From an uncultured Fibrobacter sp. (GTDB lineage: Bacteria; Fibrobacterota; Fibrobacteria; Fibrobacterales; Fibrobacteraceae), in assembly GCA_934691725.1 (NCBI GenBank), contig CAKUTF010000002.1:34167-66166 (forward strand): a stretch of DNA of 32,000 bases. The letters run 5' to 3'. Below the pieces are notes generated by a model. It worked only from the letters and a program-made list of their open reading frames with translations. It did not search any database and was not told the DNA's origin. Each line of letters starts with the position of its first letter. Within the stretch, counting starts at the first letter, position 1. The position numbers and the translations under genes are program-made. This document shows positions 1-8,117 of this stretch, piece by piece.

Positions 1-66
1 CAACGCATCCGTCGCGCTCTCCCTCGGCCTTTACGAAATCGCCCGCAAGCGCATCTAGAGGCTTCG

Positions 67-1230
67 GTGGAAATTCCCTGGGAAAATCCCGAACTTTTCC
101 GCCTTGTCGCAGAAGCAATCGAGCGAAACACGGACCATCTTAAACTTTCGGAGCTTCTTGCGAAAAGCCCGTTTGCGGAAATCCGCGGACCGGTCCTCGA
201 TTACATCGCGCTCGTTCCCAAATACCGGAAAAAATTCCGGACAAACGCATTTCTCGCCTGCGACAAGCTCGCCCTAGAACAATCCACCGCAAAAGACATC
301 GGAACCTACAAGGCGCAACTCTTCCCGAAGGCTTCCATCGACGACCTGTGCTGCGGCATGGGAGGAGACAGCTTTTTCCTTCCCAAGGAAGCGGATGTCC
401 GCGGATACGACCTTTCCCCGGAAAGGGTTGCCATGTATCGTTTCAATACACGGGCGATGGGTTTCGAGCGAAAAGCGGAAGTCGCGGACGTTCGAAGCGT
501 CAAGAACCGGGGCGAATATTTTACAATCGATTCCGCACGCCGTGAAAAGCTCGGAGACAGCCAGCGAAACTTTTCGGAGCTGACACCGTCGTTTTCGGAA
601 ATTCTCGAAATCGCAAGGCATTACCGGGGTGGAACCGCCAAGCTCCCACCCGGATATCCCACGGAAGAATTTCCGGCAAATGCGGAAATCGCCTATATCG
701 GGGCCCGAAACGACTGTCGCGAATGTCTTGTCCTTTTCGGTGAAATGGCGCGAAACCCGGGAAAAGTTCGAGCCGTAGCGATCGACGCATCCGGCGAAGC
801 GCACGAATGGCATTCGAAAACATCTCTTTCGGAAATTCCCGAACTTCCCACCGGCCCACTCCGGGAATTCATCGCCGAACCGATACCCGTCCTTGTCCGC
901 AGCCATCTATTTTCCGAAATCGCGCTAAAAAATTCCCCGACGGCAAGCCTGCTTTCTCCGAGAATCGCCTACGTCACAAGCCCCGCCCCCTTAGACAAGT
1001 TCGCATTTCACAATTACCGGGTACTAGGAAGCGTCCCCCTTTCCACGGGAAAAGTCAAGGCGCTTCTCAAGGCAAATGACATCGGGAAGCTCGCGCTAAA
1101 AAAACGCGGCGTCGAAATCGTTCCCGAAACGGAAATCAAGCGGCTCTCCCCCAAAGGATCGGAGGAAGGCGTCCTTTTTTACACCCGGATAAACGGCGAA
1201 AAGACGGCAATCCTCGCCGTTCCCGTCTAA
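67..1230 (+). CDS. class I SAM-dependent methyltransferase (family assignment tentative)
   Basis: 387-aa ORF starting at GTG. It has a glycine-rich SAM-binding motif I (DDLCCGMGGDSFF), then an acidic motif II-like YDLSPE and IDSARRE. All overlapping ORFs are short Arg/Pro-rich shadow frames. Confidence 0.7.
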   Translation: MEIPWENPELFRLVAEAIERNTDHLKLSELLAKSPFAEIRGPVLDYIALVPKYRKKFRTNAFLACDKLALEQSTAKDIGTYKAQLFPKASIDDLCCGMGGDSFFLPKEADVRGYDLSPERVAMYRFNTRAMGFERKAEVADVRSVKNRGEYFTIDSARREKLGDSQRNFSELTPSFSEILEIARHYRGGTAKLPPGYPTEEFPANAEIAYIGARNDCRECLVLFGEMARNPGKVRAVAIDASGEAHEWHSKTSLSEIPELPTGPLREFIAEPIPVLVRSHLFSEIALKNSPTASLLSPRIAYVTSPAPLDKFAFHNYRVLGSVPLSTGKVKALLKANDIGKLALKKRGVEIVPETEIKRLSPKGSEEGVLFYTRINGEKTAILAVPV

Positions 1231-1260
1231 ATCACGTTCAAATTCTTATCTTATCGGATT

Positions 1261-1929
1261 ATGGTAAAACTTGACCCCACATGGCTTGAACTTCTAAGCG
1301 ACCAGTTCGAAATGCCGTATTTCCAGCGTCTCAAGGCGACGCTCATCGAAGAGAAAAAAAAGTACACGGTCTATCCGCCCGGCTCCAAGATTTTCGCCGC
1401 CCTAGACGAATGTCCCGTCAACAAGGTCAAGGCGGTCATCATCGGACAGGACCCTTACCACAATCCGGGACAGGCCAACGGGCTCTGCTTCTCGGTTTCC
1501 GACGGTATCGAACCGCCCCCGTCGCTCGTAAACATCTTCCAGGAACTTCACGACGACCTGGGTATCCCCATTCCGCAAAGCGGCAACCTCGAAAACTGGG
1601 CACACCAGGGAATCCTCCTCTTAAATTCAAGCCTGACCGTCCGTGCCCACCAGGCCGCTTCCCACTCGGGAATCGGCTGGCAGCAGTTTACCGACACCAT
1701 CATCGAACGGATTTCCGCCATCAAGGAAAACCTCGTCTTTCTTCTGTGGGGAAACTACGCCATCCGCAAGAAAGCCCTAATCGCAAAGGATCGCGGGCAT
1801 CTGGTTCTCGAAGCGCCCCACCCCAGTCCGCTGTCCGCCTACCGGGGCTTTTTCGGCTGCAGGCATTTCAGCAAGGCCAACGCATTTCTCAAAAGCAAAG
1901 GCCTAGAGGAAATCAACTGGACACCTTGA
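1261..1929 (+). CDS. ung: uracil-DNA glycosylase
   Basis: 222 aa. Carries the family-1 UDG hallmarks GQDPYHNPGQANGLCFSV (catalytic water-activating loop) and HPSPLSA (Leu-intercalation loop). Size is typical. Confidence 0.95.
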   Translation: MVKLDPTWLELLSDQFEMPYFQRLKATLIEEKKKYTVYPPGSKIFAALDECPVNKVKAVIIGQDPYHNPGQANGLCFSVSDGIEPPPSLVNIFQELHDDLGIPIPQSGNLENWAHQGILLLNSSLTVRAHQAASHSGIGWQQFTDTIIERISAIKENLVFLLWGNYAIRKKALIAKDRGHLVLEAPHPSPLSAYRGFFGCRHFSKANAFLKSKGLEEINWTP

Positions 1930-1954
1930 CAATTTATCCGATATAAAATATATT
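1926..1954 (+). promoter_or_regulatory. sigma70-type promoter for tRNA-Ala
   Basis: TTGACA (1926-1931), an exact 17-nt spacer, then TATATT (1949-1954). The mature tRNA 5' end lies 13 nt downstream. Confidence 0.6.
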
Positions 1955-1966
1955 TGTGACGCAACC

Positions 1967-2040
1967 GGGGATATAGCTCAGTTTGGTAGAGCGATAGGTT
2001 CGCAATCTATAGGTCAGGGGTTCGATTCCCCTTATCTCCA
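1967..2040 (+). tRNA. tRNA-Ala (anticodon CGC)
   Basis: Hand-folded cloverleaf of 74 nt. Acceptor GGGGATA/TATCTCC includes the G3:U70 alanine identity pair. Anticodon loop TTCGCAA, T-loop TTCGATT, discriminator A. CCA is not encoded. Confidence 0.9.
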
Positions 2041-2045
2041 TAAAA

Positions 2046-2070
2046 GGTCCGCTACAGCGGATCTTTTTTT
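2046..2070 (+). terminator. intrinsic terminator after tRNA-Ala
   Basis: Hairpin GGTCCGC-TACA-GCGGATC (7 bp, one G.U) followed directly by TTTTTTT. Confidence 0.7.
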
Positions 2071-2121
2071 GTTTTAAGACACACTCAAAAGTTCATCTAA
2101 AAACATCCTAGGGAAAACGAA

Positions 2122-2171
2122 CTGTTTTTTGCCCGCGAACGGATTTACTTGACGATGATAATCTGCGCGAC
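2122..2171 (+). repeat. left copy of a ~50-nt inverted repeat (partner at 7109-7155)
   Basis: ctgttttttgcccgcgaacggatttacttgacgatgataatctgcgcgac. The reverse complement of 7109-7155 is ctgttttttgccgcgaacgggtttatttgacgatgataatccgcgac. Alignment gives 45 identities over 47 positions plus 3 gap nt. The copy contains TTGACG-N17-TTAAAT (2149-2177). Confidence 0.9.
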
Positions 2172-2218
2172 TTAAATCCGCCAAATATGGAAATGAAGAT
2201 GAGGGCTAGATAGATTTT

Positions 2219-3496
2219 TCACTTTATGTTTTCAAATCCCTTGAAATCGGATTGCCCTGAGATTGCGGAATCCAGGTCGCTCAGGGGCATCTTGAACAGG
2301 CCTTCCCAGGCGGCTGCGTAGATGGTGTCGCCAACCACATCCAAGCCATATGTAGCATCGCAGCCTTTATCGTCACACCAGCCGAGCATCATGGCTCGCC
2401 AGCCCTTGGGAACATTTCCGTAGGGCTCTCCATAATCCCCCATATATACCTTGGGGCAATGATTCACGTTCGGAGCCTTTCCCGAAATAAAGAGGCGCTT
2501 CCCGTCGGTAACCACATTCATGATGCGAAACAAGGAGCTTCTGTATATGGTGTAGGCTGTATCCCCGTAAACCGTGACATAGGGCGGAGTAATCATGCTG
2601 TCGAGCGCGATCCAAGATTCCGAACCGTCCCATTGATAGACTCGGTCATTTGTACCGTCAACTGCAACCAGCGAACCCTTGTAGGTTACAAGATCCACGA
2701 CCTCATAGACGTCGTGATACATGGAATTCCACATCATCTTGGGGAATTTGGGAAGCTCGGTCCAGGAAAGGGATGTCCCGTCCAATTTCCAGACGCCGTC
2801 TCCGGTTCCCACATACAGGGAACCTCCCATTTCTGCTGAAGATGTAAATTGAAGCGGCACCGTATCGTCTTTATACATGTCATAGCGGATTGAAGGTGTT
2901 GGCAGGCTTCGCCAGCCGGTATCATTCTGCAAAAGGATGCTTGCTGTAACAATTTTTGTATTCAAGGTATCGGGATAGCTTCCGATACTAACAATCAGGT
3001 TTCCTTTAAATTTTTGTATTCCAATGACATAATGCCATGCCGAAGCATCCTTTTTTACAACATTCAGCTCTTTCCATTCTTTTTTTTCTGGATTATACAC
3101 CAGAACATTTCCCGTTTTATTTGTTCCGACATAAATCCCTGAGGAATCAGCGAAAAGAGAAGAATTTCTAACATAGGCCGACGTCGGCGGTACAAGGGTG
3201 TCCCAGATGCCTGAGCCGATTCTAGAAACAAATAGCCTCGGGGTATAAGTCAAAGTCGTCCACGTATCGGATTGGTTCTCTACGGGGCTTGTCCACGCGT
3301 CCATCAGGACCAGCCAGTTGCCGGAATGCGTCACTTTCTGGAGACCGCCACCCCGTTGGGTAGAAATCACGGGAGTAAAGCCCGCGCTTCGCCAGCCTAC
3401 CGTGATGGGTTCGCTTTCGTGTTTCGGGTTCACGCCAGAATCGTCTGTGCAGGCAAGGAGAGCAAAGACCGTAAAAAGCAGGTATCCCTTCTTCAT
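2219..3496 (-). CDS. lipoprotein of unknown function (repeat-rich, possibly beta-propeller-like)
   Basis: 425 aa. N-terminus MKKGYLLFTVFALLAC has a lipobox (LLAC). Its ATG overlaps the stop of the upstream gene as ATGA (3493-3496). Overlapping frames are short. Confidence 0.8.
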   Translation of the reverse strand: MKKGYLLFTVFALLACTDDSGVNPKHESEPITVGWRSAGFTPVISTQRGGGLQKVTHSGNWLVLMDAWTSPVENQSDTWTTLTYTPRLFVSRIGSGIWDTLVPPTSAYVRNSSLFADSSGIYVGTNKTGNVLVYNPEKKEWKELNVVKKDASAWHYVIGIQKFKGNLIVSIGSYPDTLNTKIVTASILLQNDTGWRSLPTPSIRYDMYKDDTVPLQFTSSAEMGGSLYVGTGDGVWKLDGTSLSWTELPKFPKMMWNSMYHDVYEVVDLVTYKGSLVAVDGTNDRVYQWDGSESWIALDSMITPPYVTVYGDTAYTIYRSSLFRIMNVVTDGKRLFISGKAPNVNHCPKVYMGDYGEPYGNVPKGWRAMMLGWCDDKGCDATYGLDVVGDTIYAAAWEGLFKMPLSDLDSAISGQSDFKGFENIK

Positions 3497-6400
3497 CTTA
3501 TGTCCCTCCGGGCATATTGTGGAACGAGTAAATCCGGACCGTCATACGCCTCGCAAGCTTCAACGGAAGGGATTTGTCCGTATATCGCGTTCCCGTCGGA
3601 ATCGACCAGGGCGATTCCGCAGACAAGCTTGTCGAACTCGCTCCAGTCGGTCAGGCGAAGACCGACATTCCCTTCCGTTACCGATTCTTTGGAATAGAGA
3701 ATATGCCTGTCGAAAAACATGTCGAGTTCCCAAACGTTCCCGCCGACATTGGTCAAGGAAGGCTTGGATTCCGGTGTGTACCAGTCTTCGGGTGGCGGCT
3801 GCAAAGTTTTCCCCACAGGGACTCTAAACCACATTTTAGCGTGGTAATTCCGAAGGTTTACACTACCCGTGTTGGAAACCGTCACCTGCGGCTTGAACAT
3901 GTTCTTTTCCCATGGGGCGGCGTCTTTCCAGGAAACCGTTCCCTTGGGCGAAGCGACAATGCCGTCATCTACGCTCTCGAACATTTTGGGTTCCGCTCCC
4001 CAGAGGATTTCGCCTCCCTTGCCATATACGACAATCTTTCGGTCTATTTTCGGCAATCCGACATTGTAATCCGCCGACCAGTCGTTTAAATGCCTGTAAT
4101 CGGACCAGTCGCCGTAATGGATTCGGATTTGCCAGCCGTCCATTCCCGGAAACACGGAACGGGCTTTCAAAACGGAATCCGAGGCGTCCAGGACGAAACG
4201 CCACTGGTCGCCACCCAGGTTTTCAAGCGTTACCGGAATCTTCGGGTAGTCGATTTCCACGACGGGTTTTCGCGACGGATCGGCTGTGAAGTAATACGCG
4301 ACCTTGAATCCTCCTATATCGTTATTCGATGAATTCGCCACAAGGATTCTCGGACGGGAAGTGTTGCTTTCTTGTTCGCCTCTCGCTTCTCGATGCATGG
4401 CGAATATCGAGGACTTGGCAAAGAACTTGTCCTTTGGCGTACTCGGAGGCGTTTGTGTCGATGGGTCTGTCGCGTTTGCTACGCCAGCGACCACTCGCGG
4501 CAGGATGTCATCATTTCCATTGCCGACTGAATAGGTGACGTTTTCCGCCAGCTTCGGCATCGGGTAGGTCTTCACATACATTTTTCCCGAATAGTTGTTG
4601 AACGAGACGGAGATGTTTTGCCCTTCGCGGGAAACCGAAGGCGTCGTCGAAATCGATGCGCCGATGACGGTGTCCAAGACGGCGTTGCCGTTTTCATCGG
4701 TATAGGTGACGAAGGAACCGGTTTTCGGCCTGTAAGTCGCCTTTAAGAAGTGAGTTCCGTCGGATACGGTCACTTCCTGCACTCCGCTTTCCGTGAATAT
4801 CGGGGCTATGTCGAAATCCCCGGCCAAGCCCACGCTTCCCTGCTCTAGGTAAACCAGTCCCGCTCCCTGTTTCTGTAAAGTCCGGTCGCAGTAGAAATCG
4901 AGTGCGCATGATATGTCCAGTCCCTGTTTTGTCGATCCGTCGTTCTTGCCTTTCACGGGCATGTGCAGGACATCTTCCCACGGGGCCAGCGCGTCGTGGA
5001 ACAAATATGGGCGAGGATCTTTAAATCCTTTTATACCGTTTGGTTCTGTTTCAGGAATAATGCCCGCATCTCGATTTATAAATTTTTGGCTGTATTCTGT
5101 TACAGCGATATCGGTTTGGGAAAACCAGTTGTCTTGAACATTAACCAGCGCGTTCCAGAGGGTATCGTTGAACTCCACGTCGCTTATTTCGGCAACGCCC
5201 TGTTTTTTCGCCATTTCCATCGCATACGTTTTAAAATAGTCCCCCGCGGCAAAACATTCCCGGCTCTCGTCGTTTTTCGCGCAGATTTCGTTTGCTTCCT
5301 CGCCCAGGGAATAAAGAAGATCGGCAAGGAACCTCTTCGTTGACGGGGAGTACAGGGGGCGCAGGGTCACGTTGGTTCCGTCCGGTCGCTTAGGGTAAGC
5401 GTTCCCTAGATTCCGTATGAATGTGCCGTTTGCGTCCAGGTGGGCTCCTGCCTTTCTGATTTTACGGGCTTCCCGCGAAACGGAAGCCATGGTTTTGATG
5501 GTGTCGAGCGTTTTTGTCACGTTGAACGGTCCCGCTCCAACGCCGTCGATATACACCTCGGGAACATATTTCCCTACATACGGTCCCTTTACTGTCAGAT
5601 ACACGTCCGTTGCCCAGTCCGTAGCCGCTCCGTATAGCCACCCCAATATGCTCGCTGCAGGAGTAAAGACCTGGAGGATTCCCAGTGGGTTGTCCAGGCC
5701 GATTTTTCCAATGCCATCGGTAAATGCGCCGGCCGCTTCGTAGGCGTAGTTGTACCAGTGCAGGTCCAGCTTGGCGGTAATCAAGTCGTGTATTTGGGGA
5801 TTTCCATTTTCCTGTGCGTCCAGGTCGTCGATAATCGGCTTTAATCCCGAAAACTTTTTCCCTATGTCTTCTGTATTTTTCACGGCAAGTTCCGAACCGA
5901 AATGGGGAGTGTCGACCGTGATGACCTTCCCGATATGGTTCGCCGCGTTTTGAGGTCCATTTAAATTATCCCCGTCAGTTTGCAAACCTCGCAGCATTTC
6001 CCTGACGACAAGCCCTCCCTGGCTATGGGCTACGATGTCCACGACCAGCTCAGGTCGATTTTTCCATCCGAGCGAGTCGTCCGAACCGTAAAAATCATCC
6101 AGGACATCAATTAGTTGTTGGTACAGCTTTCGTGATTGGGAATTCGATGCGTCATTCCCGTCCCACTCCAGTCCCGCTTCCCGCCATTTGTCTCCTTCCA
6201 TCTTGCCGGGAGCCTGGAAGAAATAGATCCCGTTACTGTTTATATGGGCTTCGGAATTGTCTAGATTCTGCATCCTGGCGATAATGTCCGGCGCAGAACC
6301 GTTTTCGTATCTTTTTACGAGTCCCTTTTGAAAGGATTCCTCCGCCTTCTTTTTGTCGCCCGAAACATCCGTTTTCGGGATGACGCCCCAGACATCGTAG

Positions 6401-7038
6401 CTGCTGTTCAGACCGTGGACAAAGATGACGGGGCGTGGCAATTTTTTACCTGGCTCGCCCTGGTAAGTCCATTCCGGGAAAGCGACCCTTTGCTTCTCCC
6501 ACGATTTAACCAAGGCTTCCCGGTCGAAAGCGCCGTCATACCCGCTGAATTCCGAACACGATTCGTCAAACCGGCCGTTATCTTTGATGCAACGAAGCGG
6601 CTTTTCCGTCCATGCGTGCGCATGTGACTTGAACTCTTCGATTTTCTCGTTGCTCGGGTTGTAGAATTCGTTTAACTTGTGCGGGTCGCTGAAAAAATAA
6701 GAATGACCGTCATACTGCAGCTTGTTCAGGCAGGTAACGCGGTACGTTATCCGGACAATGCTTACCAGACAGTAATAATGGTAAGGATCAAACAAATCGT
6801 CCTTTCCGTCCCAGTAATAGTCCGCCCTCTCGTCAACCCGGACGATTTCAAAATTCTGCACGTTTCTGCATCTGTTGTACGGTAGGTAGGTCTTGTCGTA
6901 AGGTTCCGCCCAGCGGGTATCCTCGTCTATGTCTGCCGGAAAGTCTTTGTATTTAGAAACCGCTTTGTCGTAATCCTCTTCGGCAAAAGAGGCTGAAAAC
7001 AACAATAATGTGCTAAAAATGAATGTTTTTATTCCCAT
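3493..7038 (-). CDS. secreted alpha/beta-hydrolase (lipase/esterase) with two C-terminal CBM3-like modules
   Basis: 1181 aa.
- Signal peptide: MGIKTFIFSTLLLFSASFA.
- Oxyanion-type motif VIFVHGLNSSYDVWG and nucleophile elbow VDIVAHSQGG (an AHSxG pentapeptide, as in Bacillus family I.4 lipases).
- Two C-terminal modules match my recollection of CBM3 signatures: FKVAYYFTAD ... IRIHYGDWSDYRHLNDWSADY ... IVVYGKGGEILWGAEP, and VTVSNTGSVNLRNY ... GLRLTDWSEFD ... DGNAIYGQIP. Confidence 0.85.
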   Translation of the reverse strand: MGIKTFIFSTLLLFSASFAEEDYDKAVSKYKDFPADIDEDTRWAEPYDKTYLPYNRCRNVQNFEIVRVDERADYYWDGKDDLFDPYHYYCLVSIVRITYRVTCLNKLQYDGHSYFFSDPHKLNEFYNPSNEKIEEFKSHAHAWTEKPLRCIKDNGRFDESCSEFSGYDGAFDREALVKSWEKQRVAFPEWTYQGEPGKKLPRPVIFVHGLNSSYDVWGVIPKTDVSGDKKKAEESFQKGLVKRYENGSAPDIIARMQNLDNSEAHINSNGIYFFQAPGKMEGDKWREAGLEWDGNDASNSQSRKLYQQLIDVLDDFYGSDDSLGWKNRPELVVDIVAHSQGGLVVREMLRGLQTDGDNLNGPQNAANHIGKVITVDTPHFGSELAVKNTEDIGKKFSGLKPIIDDLDAQENGNPQIHDLITAKLDLHWYNYAYEAAGAFTDGIGKIGLDNPLGILQVFTPAASILGWLYGAATDWATDVYLTVKGPYVGKYVPEVYIDGVGAGPFNVTKTLDTIKTMASVSREARKIRKAGAHLDANGTFIRNLGNAYPKRPDGTNVTLRPLYSPSTKRFLADLLYSLGEEANEICAKNDESRECFAAGDYFKTYAMEMAKKQGVAEISDVEFNDTLWNALVNVQDNWFSQTDIAVTEYSQKFINRDAGIIPETEPNGIKGFKDPRPYLFHDALAPWEDVLHMPVKGKNDGSTKQGLDISCALDFYCDRTLQKQGAGLVYLEQGSVGLAGDFDIAPIFTESGVQEVTVSDGTHFLKATYRPKTGSFVTYTDENGNAVLDTVIGASISTTPSVSREGQNISVSFNNYSGKMYVKTYPMPKLAENVTYSVGNGNDDILPRVVAGVANATDPSTQTPPSTPKDKFFAKSSIFAMHREARGEQESNTSRPRILVANSSNNDIGGFKVAYYFTADPSRKPVVEIDYPKIPVTLENLGGDQWRFVLDASDSVLKARSVFPGMDGWQIRIHYGDWSDYRHLNDWSADYNVGLPKIDRKIVVYGKGGEILWGAEPKMFESVDDGIVASPKGTVSWKDAAPWEKNMFKPQVTVSNTGSVNLRNYHAKMWFRVPVGKTLQPPPEDWYTPESKPSLTNVGGNVWELDMFFDRHILYSKESVTEGNVGLRLTDWSEFDKLVCGIALVDSDGNAIYGQIPSVEACEAYDGPDLLVPQYARRDIR

Positions 7039-7041
7039 AGA

Positions 7042-7101
7042 ATGAGAAAATAGAAATAATTTGATTGAACGATGAGAAAATAGAAATAATTTGATTGAAC
7101 G
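7042..7101. repeat. perfect tandem duplication, 2 x 30 bp
   Basis: atgagaaaatagaaataatttgattgaacg occurs at 7042-7071 and again at 7072-7101. The repeat starts 4 nt upstream of the ATG (7038, minus strand) of the hydrolase gene. Confidence 0.97.
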
Positions 7102-7108
7102 TAAAGAT

Positions 7109-7155
7109 GTCGCGGATTATCATCGTCAAATAAACCCGTTCGCGGCAAAAAACAG
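7109..7155 (-). repeat. right copy of the ~50-nt inverted repeat (partner at 2122-2171)
   Basis: See the 2122-2171 entry. The orientation is inverted, so both copies read inward toward the hydrolase-lipoprotein operon. Confidence 0.9.
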
Positions 7156-7156
7156 C

Positions 7157-7188
7157 AAAAAAAAATCTCCGGGAAACGAATCCCGGGA
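7157..7188 (-). terminator. intrinsic terminator (minus strand)
   Basis: The minus strand reads TCCCGGGA-TTCGTT-TCCCGGAGA followed by nine T (plus-strand A-run 7157-7165). The stem is 6-7 bp and GC-rich. Confidence 0.55.
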
Positions 7189-7236
7189 ACAGCCAAGTTT
7201 CTAGCTTGTTGTTTCCAACCACGAAAAGGACAAGCG

Positions 7237-7447
7237 ATGAGACTCGACCGATATCTAAGATACCAAATTAAAGCCTTGCTGGATGCCGGGCATTCGCAGA
7301 AAAACGTCGCATGTCTTCCACCATTCGTGGGAATGTGGGGCGAACGAGAGCATGAACTGGCTGACACGGCAATATCTGCCGAAAGGGACGTCCTTTAGGG
7401 ACCTGACCAGGGATTCCATCGCAACCTGTCTCTGCAAAAAATGCTAG
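7237..7447 (+). pseudogene. IS30-family transposase relic (HTH N-terminus fused to C-terminal tail, catalytic core missing)
   Basis: The frame from ATG 7237 gives MRLDRYLRYQIKALLDAGHSQKNVA, which resembles an IS30 HTH. A second frame from 7343 gives NESMNWLTRQYLPKGTSFRDLTRDSIA, resembling the IS30 C-terminal ENTNGLLRQYFPKGTD motif. Only ~210 nt remain, frames are broken, and no DDE region is present. Both comparisons are from memory. Confidence 0.5.
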
Positions 7448-7522
7448 CCAATCATTGGTTTTCAGAGAATAGACACCTTTTTTACCATTTCACAGTGCGC
7501 AAATTTGAATTTTTCCCCATAT

Positions 7523-7548
7523 AAAAAGACCTCCGCATCGCAGAGGCC
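7523..7548 (-). terminator. intrinsic terminator after the 146-aa gene
   Basis: Minus strand GGCCTCTGC-GAT-GCGGAGGTC (9 bp with two G.U) followed by TTTTTAT. It lies 25 nt after the stop codon. Confidence 0.55.
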
Positions 7549-7572
7549 TCTAAGGAGAAAGAATTTTCAGGA

Positions 7573-8013
7573 TTAGTTTTCGTTGTTCTGCATTTCCATC
7601 GTTTCGCGGTCCATCGTGTGCTGCAGGTATTCCTTGAAGTCACGGTCGATGTTCACCCCGTCAAACTCTGCGGCATCGGCATCGAGAACGAAGACAGCGC
7701 TCGGGTTATCGAGCCAGCCGACAACGTCAACGCCTTCGAGGGTCATGGACTTGTCGCCCGCAGCCTTTGCCACGTATTCGACAGCGCTCTTGCCGACCCA
7801 TCCCTGGCCACAGGCACCCTTGACCAGCACGGCATCGCCTTCGTCCTTCACAATGCGGAGTTCTTCGTTAAAACCGACCGTGCAGACGACATCCGTACCG
7901 CCTCTTGTTTTTGTCAAATCGATATCGCCCTGCTTGGACTTCACGTTTTTCGGAGCGGCCGTCGCCACGACAACCATCAGCGCAAGAAGGCAAAACAAAA
8001 TTTTTTTAGTCAT
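7573..8013 (-). CDS. small secreted protein, unknown function (possibly SH3b-like)
   Basis: 146 aa with signal peptide MTKKILFCLLALMVVVATAAP. The central segment ELRIVKDEGDAVLVKGACGQGWVGKSAVEYV resembles bacterial SH3 domains. The overlapping 258-aa and 167-aa plus-strand ORFs look like low-complexity shadow frames. Confidence 0.75.
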   Translation of the reverse strand: MTKKILFCLLALMVVVATAAPKNVKSKQGDIDLTKTRGGTDVVCTVGFNEELRIVKDEGDAVLVKGACGQGWVGKSAVEYVAKAAGDKSMTLEGVDVVGWLDNPSAVFVLDADAAEFDGVNIDRDFKEYLQHTMDRETMEMQNNEN

Positions 8014-8117
8014 TTCACATCCTCGAATAGGGAAGAAATCTTTTTACACTCTATCCCAAATATATCCTTTATTTTGCCCAAACGACAAGATTTTTTTCTT
8101 TTTATATTCGCTTTTAT

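Noticed and set aside
1-58. Possible 3' end of a plus-strand gene. Frame 2 reads ...NASVALSLGLYEIARKRI, then TAG at 56-58.
   Set aside because: Only 19 codons are visible and there is no way to identify or confirm them. This is plausible but unsupported.
2185-2218. Heptad-like words (gatgagggctagatag) downstream of the lipoprotein gene.
   Set aside because: The spacing is 6 nt and irregular, and there are only two or three units. There is not enough to call a third array.
7013-7437. 69-, 112- and 60-aa minus-strand ORFs in the 7.0-7.4 kb spacer.
   Set aside because: They run across the tandem repeat, the terminator and the antisense of the IS30 relic. None has a coding signature.
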